The translations under genes were made by a program, and so were the position numbers. The notes below the pieces were generated by a model. That model searched no databases. It was given only the letters and a program-made list of their open reading frames with translations, and was not told where the DNA came from. Positions 16,493-26,740 of a stretch of 64,000 bases of DNA are shown here, one piece after another. Position 1 is the stretch's first letter. Each line of letters begins with the position of its first letter. Origin of the DNA: an uncultured Bacteroidales bacterium (GTDB lineage: Bacteria; Bacteroidota; Bacteroidia; Bacteroidales; JAIPAH01); NCBI GenBank assembly GCA_964465045.1, contig CAYXJS010000001.1, positions 54,924 through 118,923 of the forward strand, in the 5' to 3' direction.

Positions 16493-18826
16493 TTGCGAAA
16501 ATTACACTTTCATATTTCGATTGTTGCAATAATATTTGCCATGCTGATGTGGCCTGTATGCTCATTACGTGCCGACAGCGATACAACAAGCCTGGAGAAA
16601 TACGTCAAAGCCATAAACGAATTAGGACAGGACAAGGATGCTGTAAGGTATATACATGAAGGCCTTCGCCAGGCACAAGCTGAAGAAAAATACAATTATC
16701 AGCTTTTTTTTACTTTAAAGATGGCTGAATACTATCACCGTTCAGAGATAAACGATGAAGCTATGAGCTACTATCTTCAGGCTTTAGGGCTAGCCGGTAT
16801 GGTGCAAGACACCATGTTGCATGCCAAAGCATTAAACGGTTTAACAGAATTGTATCTGGAAAACGGCATGCTTTCTAAGGCTTCCAATTTTAATCTCAAG
16901 GCAATCAATATGCTTTCCGACTCCATTAATCCGGTACTAAGAGGCAAAAGTTATGAAATCAAAGCAAAACTGCTTTATAAAAAGAAACAATGGCACAATG
17001 CAATTGAAACGGCTGAAAAGGCCATCTCATTATACCGTTCTTCAGGCAATGAGGAGGACTTAATCCGGCAATGGCTGCTGATAGCGCGTATTTATTCAGA
17101 AAACGACTTACATGCACAGTCGGTAAAATTCCTTAACAAAGCATTGAAACGGCTAAACAAGGTAGAAACAGATGAGGTCGCTATTACGATCTATCAGGAA
17201 ATGGCCTCACTTCACGAAGAAAACGGGCAAGCCGACAGCGCCCTGTATTATTGGAATAAGGGACTATCACTGGCAAAATCCTCCGGAAAATTAAAACTGG
17301 AGGCTCAACTGCTTTCAGGGAAAGCCCAGACACTTGAAAGAATAGATCGTAAAGACCAGGCACTGAAAGCCTACAAACGGCATCATCAATTACAAGATAA
17401 ACTTGACCAGTTAAACGCCCGCGAAAACCTGCAACGTCTTGAAGTAGAATATCGCACCAACAGAGAAAAAGAAAAAAACCGCAAGCTAAGGCAAGAACTG
17501 ACAGAAAAAGAAAACACCCGGAATCTGCTCATTTTAATCACCATAATCTTATCACTTGCGCTAATATCACTTTTGGTCTACCGCAGATATCGCAAGCAAC
17601 GCCGCGCTACAGCTACCCTCGAATCTTTTAACAATGAATTGGAGCGGCGTGTAGCACAAAAAACGCGCGAATTGGCTTTGGAGATGAAAGAGCGTGAAAA
17701 AAAATCAGCAGAGGCAGACGAAGCACGAAAAAAAGCCGAAGAGTCTGACCGTCTGAAAACCGAGTTCCTTCGCAATATTTCTCATGAAGTCAGAACCCCA
17801 ATGAATCGGATTATTGGCTATAGCGACCTACTTGTTGAAACAAGCCAGACAAAAGAAGAAATAAACTATGCCTCTATCATCAAAAAAGACAGTGAGCGAC
17901 TGCTGAAAATCATTACAGATATTGTAGAGCTATCCCGGCTTGCTTCTGAAGATTTACAACCCAACATGGAATCTTTGAAGTTATCACAACTTGTAGATAA
18001 TGCGAAACGCATATTTATGAGCGAAACACCGGAAGATATGACCTTTCACACCGAAATTCCGGATGAACTGAAAAACATGGAAATTGTAACTGATCCGGAA
18101 AGATTGCTCAATATCTTAGAGCATCTTGTAAACAATGCTTTTAAGTTTGCGTGTCCCGGCAATGTTGTGCTCTCCATTCAGAAAACCCCAAACACAATTG
18201 ATTTCAAGGTTAAGGACAATGGGCCCGGCATTGATCCGGAAAAACTAAGCATCATCTTTGATTATTTCAGGCAGGCCGATGGTTCCAGCACCCGTCCGGC
18301 AGGCGGTCTGGGAGCGGGACTAACAATAGCAAAGCATCTCACCGAAATCTTAGGTGGAACCCTGCATATAGAATCGGAACCCGGAAAAGGAGCTACCGCT
18401 ATCGTTAGCTTTCCCTTAAAAACCATTCTGAAACATGACTCCTCAAATCCTAAAAACACCCACGAAACGCTGTGGAAAGGAAAAAAGGTTTTGATTTTTG
18501 ATGAATCCAATTCCAACGTTAAATTCATCAAAGCGATGCTCAAAAAAACGGGGCTGGAAATTATGCATATAAGAAATGCAACCAAGATGAAACAAGCCTT
18601 ACAGAATGGAAGCGAGGCAAACTTTGTTATTATTAACTATCCTGAACCAAAAGTTGCTGAAGAATTAATCTCACATATTAAAACGTTCAATTATACTTTG
18701 CCTGTAATCCTGATGACTTCAACAGGAACATTTAACCCTGCCCAAACCAAAGCGGATGAAGTCCTGACATTGCCGGTATCTTATAATGTACTGCTGGATA
18801 GCATCAGGAAATTGCTCGAAGAATAA
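16493..18826 (+). CDS. TPR-repeat sensor histidine kinase with a C-terminal degenerate receiver-like domain
   Basis: Signal/TM region, TPR repeats, coiled coil, TM (LLILITIILSLALISLLVY), H-box FLRNISHEVRTPMN, HATPase G-boxes DNGPGI and GLGAGLTIAK, then a REC-like tail. Confidence 0.85.
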   Translation: MRKLHFHISIVAIIFAMLMWPVCSLRADSDTTSLEKYVKAINELGQDKDAVRYIHEGLRQAQAEEKYNYQLFFTLKMAEYYHRSEINDEAMSYYLQALGLAGMVQDTMLHAKALNGLTELYLENGMLSKASNFNLKAINMLSDSINPVLRGKSYEIKAKLLYKKKQWHNAIETAEKAISLYRSSGNEEDLIRQWLLIARIYSENDLHAQSVKFLNKALKRLNKVETDEVAITIYQEMASLHEENGQADSALYYWNKGLSLAKSSGKLKLEAQLLSGKAQTLERIDRKDQALKAYKRHHQLQDKLDQLNARENLQRLEVEYRTNREKEKNRKLRQELTEKENTRNLLILITIILSLALISLLVYRRYRKQRRATATLESFNNELERRVAQKTRELALEMKEREKKSAEADEARKKAEESDRLKTEFLRNISHEVRTPMNRIIGYSDLLVETSQTKEEINYASIIKKDSERLLKIITDIVELSRLASEDLQPNMESLKLSQLVDNAKRIFMSETPEDMTFHTEIPDELKNMEIVTDPERLLNILEHLVNNAFKFACPGNVVLSIQKTPNTIDFKVKDNGPGIDPEKLSIIFDYFRQADGSSTRPAGGLGAGLTIAKHLTEILGGTLHIESEPGKGATAIVSFPLKTILKHDSSNPKNTHETLWKGKKVLIFDESNSNVKFIKAMLKKTGLEIMHIRNATKMKQALQNGSEANFVIINYPEPKVAEELISHIKTFNYTLPVILMTSTGTFNPAQTKADEVLTLPVSYNVLLDSIRKLLEE

Positions 18827-18850
18827 TAAACGCGTTTTAGAATAACACGC

Positions 18851-18858
18851 TATCTTTG
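18851..18858 (+). promoter_or_regulatory. -7 promoter box TATCTTTG
   Basis: Exact TAnnTTTG match, only 4 nt upstream of the pyrE ATG (18863). Confidence 0.45.
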
Positions 18859-18862
18859 TAAT

Positions 18863-19510
18863 ATGATTTACAGTAAAGCAATTGCAAAACAAACAGCATC
18901 CTATCTGCTTCAGATTAAAGCTGTAGAGCTGAATAATTCACAGCCTTTTCAATGGGCTTCCGGATGGAATGCCCCGATTTATTGCGATAACAGAAAAACG
19001 TTATCATATCCCGAAATCAGGACCCGCATTCGCATTCATTTTGAAGAAATCATCAATCAACAATATCCACAAGCAGAGGTGATTGCTGGCGTAGCAACCG
19101 GGGGAATAGCTATAGGCGCATTAGTGGCGCAGGCGCTTAACAAACCGTTTGTGTATGTAAGAAATGCACCGAAAGGACATGGTTTGCAAAACAGAATAGA
19201 AGGCCTTTTGGAACCCGGCCAAAAAACGGTGATTATAGAAGACCTCGTTTCTACAGGCAAAAGCAGCCTCAATGCGGTTGATGCTTTAGAAAGCAGCAAC
19301 GCCAATGTGGTTGGTATGGTTTCTGTATTTGATTATGGATTTCAGATGGCTATGGACAATTTTGCAGAAAAAAATTGTGAACTGCTCTCGCTTTCGGATT
19401 ATGAACACCTTCTGGAAGTGGCATTAGAGCAAGGTTACATCCTCAAATCCGATATAGAAGTTTTAAGTCAATGGAGACTGGCTCCAGAAAAGTGGGGATC
19501 AACTCAATAA
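18863..19510 (+). CDS. pyrE: Orotate phosphoribosyltransferase
   Basis: 215 aa. PRPP-binding loop VIIEDLVSTGKS. Confidence 0.9.
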   Translation: MIYSKAIAKQTASYLLQIKAVELNNSQPFQWASGWNAPIYCDNRKTLSYPEIRTRIRIHFEEIINQQYPQAEVIAGVATGGIAIGALVAQALNKPFVYVRNAPKGHGLQNRIEGLLEPGQKTVIIEDLVSTGKSSLNAVDALESSNANVVGMVSVFDYGFQMAMDNFAEKNCELLSLSDYEHLLEVALEQGYILKSDIEVLSQWRLAPEKWGSTQ

Positions 19511-20241
19511 TAATAAACCACTTCTTTTAAATCACATTCATAGGTTTGGCCGGCATCGTCTTTCAAAATCAACAACCCGAAATCGGTTATGCCCTGAATA
19601 CTGGCATACATAATTTTCCCCCTGATTTTATATTTATGGCGCGCTTTATACTGAAATAAGCTGTCTAAAAAATCATTCCTGAGTTGTTTCGGCTCCTGCA
19701 AATTATGCGGAGACAATTGCCTGTCTAAACCGGATTTTAAGATCTCTAAACCGGATTCAAGATCATAATGCTTCCCCGTTACCATCTTTAAGGAAATGGG
19801 CTTTGGGATCCATTCCGGAAACGTCTGTAAATTCATATTTAATCCAATACCTATCGAAGACAAAACTATAGTCTCCCCCATCAAATGATGTTGAATAAGA
19901 ATTCCTGCAATTTTCCTTCTTCGCACCAGAATATCATTGGGCCATTTTATGAAAACCTGTTCACCGGTTTCATTCGCAATGAAATCTTTTAGAGTCACTG
20001 CTACTGCCATGCTGATAATATATTGGTGACCTGCACGAATATTTCCGGGAGAAAGCAGATAGCTAAAATTCAGGCTTTCGTCTGGGCTGCTGTACCATTT
20101 GTTATCTGACAATCCGCGACCAGCCCTTTGCTTTCGGGCTGCCACTACCGACCCGCTTTTCAGGTCTGCGAGATTGGCGTTGAGGTAGTCCTGTGTTGAT
20201 TCTAATGAATCAAACCAAGTAATATCATTGCGTGGCTTCAT
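19504..20241 (-). CDS. birA: Biotin--[acetyl-CoA-carboxylase] ligase, with no N-terminal HTH (group I)
   Basis: AARKQRAGRGLSDNKW (GRGRxxxxW-type loop) and KWPNDIL. 245 aa. Confidence 0.85.
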   Translation of the reverse strand: MKPRNDITWFDSLESTQDYLNANLADLKSGSVVAARKQRAGRGLSDNKWYSSPDESLNFSYLLSPGNIRAGHQYIISMAVAVTLKDFIANETGEQVFIKWPNDILVRRRKIAGILIQHHLMGETIVLSSIGIGLNMNLQTFPEWIPKPISLKMVTGKHYDLESGLEILKSGLDRQLSPHNLQEPKQLRNDFLDSLFQYKARHKYKIRGKIMYASIQGITDFGLLILKDDAGQTYECDLKEVVYYY

Positions 20242-20257
20242 ACTGCGCTTTTGATGT

Positions 20258-20265
20258 CAAAAATA
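20258..20265 (-). promoter_or_regulatory. -7 promoter box (TATTTTTG on the minus strand) for the biotin ligase
   Basis: Exact TAnnTTTG match, 16 nt upstream of ATG 20241. Confidence 0.4.
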
Positions 20266-20599
20266 AAACATCCTGGAAATTGAGAGAAAGCACATTCTCC
20301 ATCATAAAACAAACTTATGTAAATGACTGAAATGAGTATTTAAAACACAACAAGAAAAAAATGCTATCAAAATTAAACTGCCAAATTGGCAAACATATCA
20401 TCTGCCTGGAAATATTATTTTATCCCTATAAATCCTTATTAAAAATAGACTCTGTGAATTTAACCATATTCCCAACAACATTAATAAAAGCTTTGAACAA
20501 ATAACCTTCACGAAAAGTTTGTTGGGTACGAATTGAAGTGGCAACGCAGGGTTTCAATTCAGTGATTTAGTTTCTTAAAAAAAGTATGATAATTTTAAC

Positions 20600-20607
20600 T
20601 AATTTTG
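20600..20607 (+). promoter_or_regulatory. -7 promoter box TAATTTTG for rsfS-ftsH
   Basis: Exact match. It overlaps the tracked TTG start at 20605, which argues for ATG 20632 as the true start. Confidence 0.45.
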
Positions 20608-20631
20608 CATGCTTATTGTTATTCACTTAAT

Positions 20632-21006
20632 ATGACGTTAACACACAGTAAAACACATAGTAAAGCATCTGTTGAGAAAGCAAAAGAACTATTGCTTGAC
20701 AAAAAAGCCAAAAATGTGGCGGTAATTGATTTACAAAACCTGGAAAACCGGGTTTGCGACTATTTTATCGTAACCCATGGAACATCAGACAGGCATGTAC
20801 AGGGCCTGGCCGAGAATCTTGTGGATGGGATGAAAGAAAAAGAGCATCTATTGCCCTGGCATATAGAAGGAATGCAAAACAAGGAGTGGATTTTAGTCGA
20901 TTATGCAGACATTGTCGTTCATATCTTCCAACAAGAGATTAGAAGTTTTTATAATCTGGAAGAATTATGGGCTGATGCAAAGATTACTTATTATGAAAGC
21001 GAATAA
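20632..21006 (+). CDS. rsfS: Ribosome silencing factor RsfS
   Basis: CDYFIVTHGTSDRHVQGLAENL...WILVDYADIVVHIF are family hallmarks. Confidence 0.85.
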   Translation: MTLTHSKTHSKASVEKAKELLLDKKAKNVAVIDLQNLENRVCDYFIVTHGTSDRHVQGLAENLVDGMKEKEHLLPWHIEGMQNKEWILVDYADIVVHIFQQEIRSFYNLEELWADAKITYYESE

Positions 21007-21032
21007 CTAAATACTGATAAGATAATAACCGA

Positions 21033-23240
21033 ATGGCAGAAAAGAACGAAGATAATAACAAACAAAATAATCGCCAGGAACAGGGAAATAATAAAAACAA
21101 AAATAATAAACCCAAATTCAATTTTTATTGGATTTACGGGCTGATTATACTCATTTTCCTTGGCTTTAACCTCTTTAATTGGGAAGGCACAACTAAAGAA
21201 ACCAACTGGGGTGAATTAAAAAGCATGCTAATAAATGAAGAAGTACAGAAGATTGTGCTTATAAATAAAGAGTTTGCTGAGATTTACATTAAAGAAGATG
21301 CTTTGAACCAGAACAAGCATGAGGATGTCAGGTCTAATAATTTTTCTCAGGAAACACCCCACTACGTTTACACTATCGGTTCTGTTGATAAGTTCTATGA
21401 GAATGTAGAAGAGGCGCAAAAGAACGTAGAAAATCCGGTATACATCAACAATGAAAAGCGAAGAAACTGGGGTGGGGAAATCCTGAGCTGGATATTTCCA
21501 TTATTGCTTTTAGTCGGAATCTGGTTCTTTTTCATGCGCATGATGACCCGTGGTGGCGCCGGTGGAGGCGGTCAGATATTCAACATCGGTAAATCAAAAG
21601 CCCAGCTTTTTGACAAGGAAAATTCTGTAAATGTTAACTTCAATGATGTAGCCGGCCTCGAAGAAGCCAAGGTAGAAGTTATGGAAATCGTAGATTTCCT
21701 GAAAAAGCCGGAAAAATATACCAACCTTGGCGGAAAAATTCCTAAAGGAGCACTGCTTGTAGGCCCCCCGGGAACAGGAAAAACTTTACTGGCTCGCGCT
21801 GTGGCCGGAGAGGCTGCTGTTCCTTTCTTCTCACTCTCAGGCTCTGATTTTGTGGAGATGTTTGTAGGAGTTGGCGCCTCGCGGGTTCGTGACCTGTTTA
21901 AATCCGCCAAAGAAAAAGCGCCTTGCATCATCTTCATTGATGAGATTGATGCTATTGGCCGCTCAAGAGGTAAAAATGCCATGACGGGCGGAAATGATGA
22001 AAGAGAAAACACCCTTAACCAGTTGCTCAGTGAAATGGACGGTTTTGCTGCCAACACCGGTGTCATTATCCTGGCTGCCACAAACCGGGCTGATGTATTG
22101 GATAAAGCCCTGCTGAGAGCCGGACGCTTTGACCGGCAAATTCATGTTGAACTGCCCGACCTGAAGGAACGCCAGCAGATTTTCAATGTACATACCCGCC
22201 CGCTCAAAATTTCAGATGAGCTGGATGCAGAATTTCTTGCAAAGCAAACCCCCGGCTTCTCCGGTGCGGATATTGCCAATGCAAGCAATGAGGCGGCGTT
22301 GATTGCTGCACGTAAAAACAATAAAACCATTACGAAGGCTGACTTTATGGATGCCATTGACCGAATCATTGGAGGCCTGGAGAAAAAGAACAAAATCATT
22401 TCAGTCGAAGAGAAAAAGACGATTGCTTATCACGAATCCGGGCATGCCGCCGTAAGCTGGCTTCTGAAACACGCTTCACCACTGGTGAAAGTGACCATTG
22501 TTCCGAGGGGAAAATCATTAGGGGCAGCATGGTATTTACCGGAAGAAAGGCAGATAACAACCTACGACCAAATGCTCGATGAGATGTCGGCCCTACTAGG
22601 AGGAAGAGCATCAGAGCAAATCAACTTCGGTGTAATATCTACCGGAGCGCTTAATGACCTGGAGCGCGTCACCAAGCAAGCATATGCTATGGTAGCATAT
22701 TTTGGCCTGAACGACAAACTGGGCAATATCAGTTACTATGACTCTACCGGACAGCAGGAGTATTCCTTCCATAAACCTTACAGCGAAAAAACAGCCGAAG
22801 ATATTGATTCAGAGGTGCACAAGTTGATTGAGCACGCTTATCAAAGAGCTGTTAAGATTTTGAAAGACAATAAGGATAAAGTGGACAGGCTGGCCAAACA
22901 ACTCCTTGAACGTGAGGTAATATTTACGGATGACCTGGAAGAAATTTTCGGTAAAAGGAAAGGCGAACATACTGAGAAAGTCATCCCGCGCCTTAAGAAT
23001 ATTAAGGAAGAAGAAGAACAAAAGCAACAGGAAGAGAAGCAAAGTGATGCAACGAATTCTGTTACAGAAGCAGAAAACATTGAACAGAGCGATGCACCTG
23101 AAGATCATAAAAACCAAACCACAGGAAATAAATCATCCGGTAAAAAGACTTCAGAAGCTTCTTCCAAACAAGATTCAAATAAGAAGAAAAAGCAAAATTC
23201 CGGAGATGATGAAAAGGAATCCGGTAAACATCCATCATAA
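21033..23240 (+). CDS. ftsH: ATP-dependent zinc metalloprotease FtsH, with low-complexity N- and C-terminal extensions
   Basis: Walker A GPPGTGKT, Walker [12 protein letters not shown] region, HESGH zinc site. N/K/Q-rich head and K/E/Q/S-rich tail. Confidence 0.95.
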   Translation: MAEKNEDNNKQNNRQEQGNNKNKNNKPKFNFYWIYGLIILIFLGFNLFNWEGTTKETNWGELKSMLINEEVQKIVLINKEFAEIYIKEDALNQNKHEDVRSNNFSQETPHYVYTIGSVDKFYENVEEAQKNVENPVYINNEKRRNWGGEILSWIFPLLLLVGIWFFFMRMMTRGGAGGGGQIFNIGKSKAQLFDKENSVNVNFNDVAGLEEAKVEVMEIVDFLKKPEKYTNLGGKIPKGALLVGPPGTGKTLLARAVAGEAAVPFFSLSGSDFVEMFVGVGASRVRDLFKSAKEKAPCIIFIDEIDAIGRSRGKNAMTGGNDERENTLNQLLSEMDGFAANTGVIILAATNRADVLDKALLRAGRFDRQIHVELPDLKERQQIFNVHTRPLKISDELDAEFLAKQTPGFSGADIANASNEAALIAARKNNKTITKADFMDAIDRIIGGLEKKNKIISVEEKKTIAYHESGHAAVSWLLKHASPLVKVTIVPRGKSLGAAWYLPEERQITTYDQMLDEMSALLGGRASEQINFGVISTGALNDLERVTKQAYAMVAYFGLNDKLGNISYYDSTGQQEYSFHKPYSEKTAEDIDSEVHKLIEHAYQRAVKILKDNKDKVDRLAKQLLEREVIFTDDLEEIFGKRKGEHTEKVIPRLKNIKEEEEQKQQEEKQSDATNSVTEAENIEQSDAPEDHKNQTTGNKSSGKKTSEASSKQDSNKKKKQNSGDDEKESGKHPS

Positions 23241-23251
23241 ACCCACTGTTT

Positions 23252-23458
23252 ATGCAAGACAACTGGAGCAAAGTGTTTGAGTCGGGACAGCAATTTCAGG
23301 TGGAAATCATTAAGGGCATGCTTAAAGAGCACGATATAGAAGCCGTAAGCCTGAATAAGCAAGATTCTGCTTATCATATCGGAGCTGTTGAACTTTATGT
23401 TCCGGTTGAAGATGCCTTTAGGGCCAAGCAAATCATTGAAAAAAGCCAGCGTGAATAA
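23252..23458 (+). CDS. DUF2007-like small protein (putative signal-transducing protein fold)
   Basis: 68 aa. WSKVFESGQQFQVEIIKGMLKEHDIEAV...VELYVPVEDAFRAKQII pattern. The stop overlaps the cdsA GTG start. Confidence 0.6.
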   Translation: MQDNWSKVFESGQQFQVEIIKGMLKEHDIEAVSLNKQDSAYHIGAVELYVPVEDAFRAKQIIEKSQRE

Positions 23459-24266
23459 TTTTGTTCTACGACTCATAACAGGGATAGTGTATGTTGCCAC
23501 AACTCTGGCTGCTATAATCCTGCATCCGCATACAGCCGCTGTGCTTTTCGGCATCGGTGCCTTTCTGAGCCAGCGCGAGTTTCTCCAAACTTTCAATGGA
23601 AAATCCAAACCACATATGGTTTTATCCATCACATCGGGCATGGTAATTTATGCTTTAATCGCATTGCATGCCCTTTCCATGGTAGAATCGCAATGGCTGG
23701 GGTTTCTGTTTCTTCCGCTGGTAGCCATATTTTTATCTGAACTTTACCGCAAGCAAGAAAATCCCTTTCTGAATATCGGAACAACCATTATTTCTTTTGT
23801 TTATGTTGTGGCTCCGTTTTCTTTGTTGAACTATATCTATCAATATGGAGAGAGCCTTTTACAACAAGCGCATTTGCTTATCCTGGCCTTTTTTGTGTTA
23901 ATTTGGATTAATGACTCACTGGCCTATGTAACGGGTTTGCTTGCCGGGCGACATAAATTGTTTCCGAGAATATCTCCCAAAAAAACCTGGGAAGGATTTT
24001 TTGGCGGATTCATTTTTAGTTTGGCCGCCGGATATGGCTTTTTTACCCTATTCAAGGGCATGTCATTAGAAGCATGGTTGGGATATGCTGCCACTGTTGC
24101 TATATTTGCTACTTTTGGCGACTTAGTGGAATCTATGTTGAAACGTGATTTTGATGTAAAAGACTCAGGAAGCATACTTCCCGGACACGGAGGGATGCTC
24201 GACCGGTTTGACGGAGTTTTGCTGGCATCGCCAACTGCCTTTTTATTTCTTAATTTTATAATTTGA
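23451..24266 (+). CDS. cdsA: Phosphatidate cytidylyltransferase
   Basis: Multi-TM protein. C-terminal signature SMLKRDFDVKDSGSILPGHGGMLDRFD. GTG 23451 is chosen to avoid overlap with the preceding gene. Confidence 0.85.
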   Translation: MNNFVLRLITGIVYVATTLAAIILHPHTAAVLFGIGAFLSQREFLQTFNGKSKPHMVLSITSGMVIYALIALHALSMVESQWLGFLFLPLVAIFLSELYRKQENPFLNIGTTIISFVYVVAPFSLLNYIYQYGESLLQQAHLLILAFFVLIWINDSLAYVTGLLAGRHKLFPRISPKKTWEGFFGGFIFSLAAGYGFFTLFKGMSLEAWLGYAATVAIFATFGDLVESMLKRDFDVKDSGSILPGHGGMLDRFDGVLLASPTAFLFLNFII

Positions 24267-24275
24267 AAGTAATCT

Positions 24276-24932
24276 ATGAAAATACACCCGGCGGGTTACC
24301 ATATAATTACAAGATTTTTACTCTTTCTGTTGTTAATCAACGGGATGGTATGGCTGTTGCCGGGAAGTATTCATGCTTTCAGCATGACAGTATCCGGGGT
24401 TAGCATGTTACTTTTAATTGGCGTGCTCATGTTTTTCAGAAGACCTGAAAGACCTCTAATAAGCTTATCTGACAACACTATTCTTTGTCCTGCTGACGGA
24501 ACTATTGTAGTTATTGAAGAAGTTATGGAGCCTGAATATTTCAAGGATATGCGGCTCCAGGTATCTATATTTATGTCTATTACCAACGTACATATCAATT
24601 GGTATCCAATTAACGGCATTATCCGTTACGTAAAATATCATGCAGGAAAATATCTCGTAGCCTGGCATCCAAAATCATCCGATTTAAATGAGCGTAACAG
24701 TATCGTGATAGCAAACCACAAGCATGAAATCATGGTCAGGCAGGTTGCCGGTTTTGTAGCCCGGAAAATTTACAGCACAGCAAAAATTGACCAAAAAGCA
24801 GAACAAGGTCATGAAATCGGTATGATTAAATTTGGTTCCCGGGTAGACCTTTACTTACCTTTAGGCACCGAGATTAACGTATCCCTTGATGAAAAAGTCC
24901 GAGGAGGTAAAACTATCATTGGCAAACTATAA
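24276..24932 (+). CDS. psd: Phosphatidylserine decarboxylase proenzyme (short type)
   Basis: 218 aa. N-terminal TMs and an FGSRVD self-cleavage (G-S) site near the C-terminus. Confidence 0.85.
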   Translation: MKIHPAGYHIITRFLLFLLLINGMVWLLPGSIHAFSMTVSGVSMLLLIGVLMFFRRPERPLISLSDNTILCPADGTIVVIEEVMEPEYFKDMRLQVSIFMSITNVHINWYPINGIIRYVKYHAGKYLVAWHPKSSDLNERNSIVIANHKHEIMVRQVAGFVARKIYSTAKIDQKAEQGHEIGMIKFGSRVDLYLPLGTEINVSLDEKVRGGKTIIGKL

Positions 24933-24991
24933 AACCACAGACATTAAAAGCTAAAACAACGGTTTTGCTTTGCACATTCCACCATAAATCC

Positions 24992-24999
24992 TATTTTTG
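24992..24999 (+). promoter_or_regulatory. -7 promoter box TATTTTTG for the AbgT transporter
   Basis: Exact TAnnTTTG match, 24 nt upstream of ATG 25024. Confidence 0.45.
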
Positions 25000-25023
25000 A
25001 CAGCTTGAACAAATGCAAGATTT

Positions 25024-26532
25024 ATGAAGAAAAACCCGATAGACTTTTTCCTTAACGGCGTTGAGCGTGTAGGAAATGCACTTCCACATCCGGCCACATT
25101 ATTTGGCATCTTTGCTTTAATCGTATTGGTTTTATCGGCCGTTTTCTCAGCTATTGGTATAACGGCTGAACATCCGGTTACCGGCGAAACCTATGAAGTT
25201 ATCAACCTGTTATCCCGGCAAGGTGTGCATATGATCCTGGAGAATATGGTGACCAACTTTACGGATTTTGCACCGCTGGGCATTGTTATCGTTGCCATGC
25301 TGGGTATCGGGTTGGCTGAGAACAGTGGCCTGATTGCCGTAGTCATCCGCAGCCTGGTTTTGTATTCTCCTGAGCGATTGCTCACTTTTATCATCGTACT
25401 GGCCGGTGTTCTTTCTAACCTTGCATCCAGTGTAGGATATGTTTTGCTGGTTCCCCTTGCAGGAACGATTTTTATGGCTATAGGTCGCCATCCTATTGCA
25501 GGTATGGCCGCCGGATTTGCCGGGGTTTCAGGTGGATTCTCAGCTAATTTGGTTCTGGGAACAATAGACCCGCTTTTGGCAGGGCTTTCGCAGGAAGCTG
25601 CCAGGCTGGTAGAACCGGGATATACAGTTAACCCCACGGCAAACTACTATTTCATGGTTGTTTCTACTTTTCTTATTGCATTTTTAGGTACCTGGATTAC
25701 TGAAAAAATCGTAGTGCCTCGCTTAGGAAAATACGATAAAACAGACCAAAAAGAAGAAGAAATTGAGCGCCTGAACAGCAATGAAAAACGAGGCATCAAA
25801 AAATCCCTAATTGTCCTGGGTGTATTTGTGGCGCTCCTTTTAATCGGGCTTCTGCCAGAAAACGGAATGTTAAGAGGAGAAGGAGGAGATTTTCTAAAAT
25901 CTCCCGTGTTGAGTGGTGTAGTAGCTATATTATTTCTGGTAGCCGGCATGATGGGTTTGATATATGGTGTTTCTATAGGAAAATATAAAAACGACAGCGA
26001 GGTGATGAAAGGCATGTCAGAATCCATGAAATCGCTGTCAAGCTACTTGGTTTTGGTATTTTTTGCAGCCCAGTTTGTAGAATATTTTAACTGGAGCAAT
26101 TTAGGAATTATTCTGGCCATTGATGGCGCTAAACTCATTCAAAGCCTTAACCTCGGCCTAATCCCGCTGGTAATCTTGTTTATTATTTTTGCCGGGCTTA
26201 TCAACTTGTTTATGGGGAGCGCTTCGGCCAAATGGGCATTGATGGCTCCTATTTTCATACCTATGTTTATGTTTTTAGGGTATACACCCGAGCTTACACA
26301 GGTGGTCTACAGAATTGGAGACAGCGTCACAAACATCATTTCGCCTATGATGAGTTTCTTTGCGTTGATCATTGTGTATTTCCAGAAATACGACAAGAAT
26401 GCCGGAATCGGTACGTTGGTAGCCACCATGCTCCCATATTCCATTGCTTTCTTTATAGGATGGGTCATTTTACTGATAATATGGCTGCTGATCGAACTTC
26501 CGCTGGGCCCAGGAGCAGGAGTACACCTGTAA
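25024..26532 (+). CDS. AbgT family (p-aminobenzoyl-glutamate/antimetabolite) transporter
   Basis: 502 aa polytopic membrane protein. The N-terminus FLNGVERVGNALPHPATLF is typical of AbgT. Confidence 0.85.
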   Translation: MKKNPIDFFLNGVERVGNALPHPATLFGIFALIVLVLSAVFSAIGITAEHPVTGETYEVINLLSRQGVHMILENMVTNFTDFAPLGIVIVAMLGIGLAENSGLIAVVIRSLVLYSPERLLTFIIVLAGVLSNLASSVGYVLLVPLAGTIFMAIGRHPIAGMAAGFAGVSGGFSANLVLGTIDPLLAGLSQEAARLVEPGYTVNPTANYYFMVVSTFLIAFLGTWITEKIVVPRLGKYDKTDQKEEEIERLNSNEKRGIKKSLIVLGVFVALLLIGLLPENGMLRGEGGDFLKSPVLSGVVAILFLVAGMMGLIYGVSIGKYKNDSEVMKGMSESMKSLSSYLVLVFFAAQFVEYFNWSNLGIILAIDGAKLIQSLNLGLIPLVILFIIFAGLINLFMGSASAKWALMAPIFIPMFMFLGYTPELTQVVYRIGDSVTNIISPMMSFFALIIVYFQKYDKNAGIGTLVATMLPYSIAFFIGWVILLIIWLLIELPLGPGAGVHL

Positions 26533-26740
26533 TTCTGAAGCAAGCAAATACCGTTCTCTCATGATGCGAGGCTGGTCTGAAAGGGCTCTGTTTTTTCGAT
26601 TGAAATGACGTAATATGACTTTTATCAGAATGTCATGAGAAGTACATTCCTATAATTATATTGTTGATAATCTGATAAATAACTTAGAAACTTACAAACT
26701 TTCTCAACTGAACTCTTGTATTTCAATTCCTTCAACAAAT

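Noticed and set aside
20388-20400. 13-bp palindrome TGCCAAATTGGCA in the biotin ligase / rsfS intergenic region
   Set aside because: It is a single short palindrome. The adjacent biotin ligase lacks a DNA-binding domain, so it is not a BirA operator, and there is no second copy in the window. Evidence for a regulatory site is insufficient.
23105-23641. 178-aa minus-strand ORF spanning the ftsH tail, the DUF2007 gene and the cdsA start
   Set aside because: It crosses three well-supported plus-strand genes in antisense and is a shadow ORF. The same reasoning applies to 21572..22081 inside ftsH.
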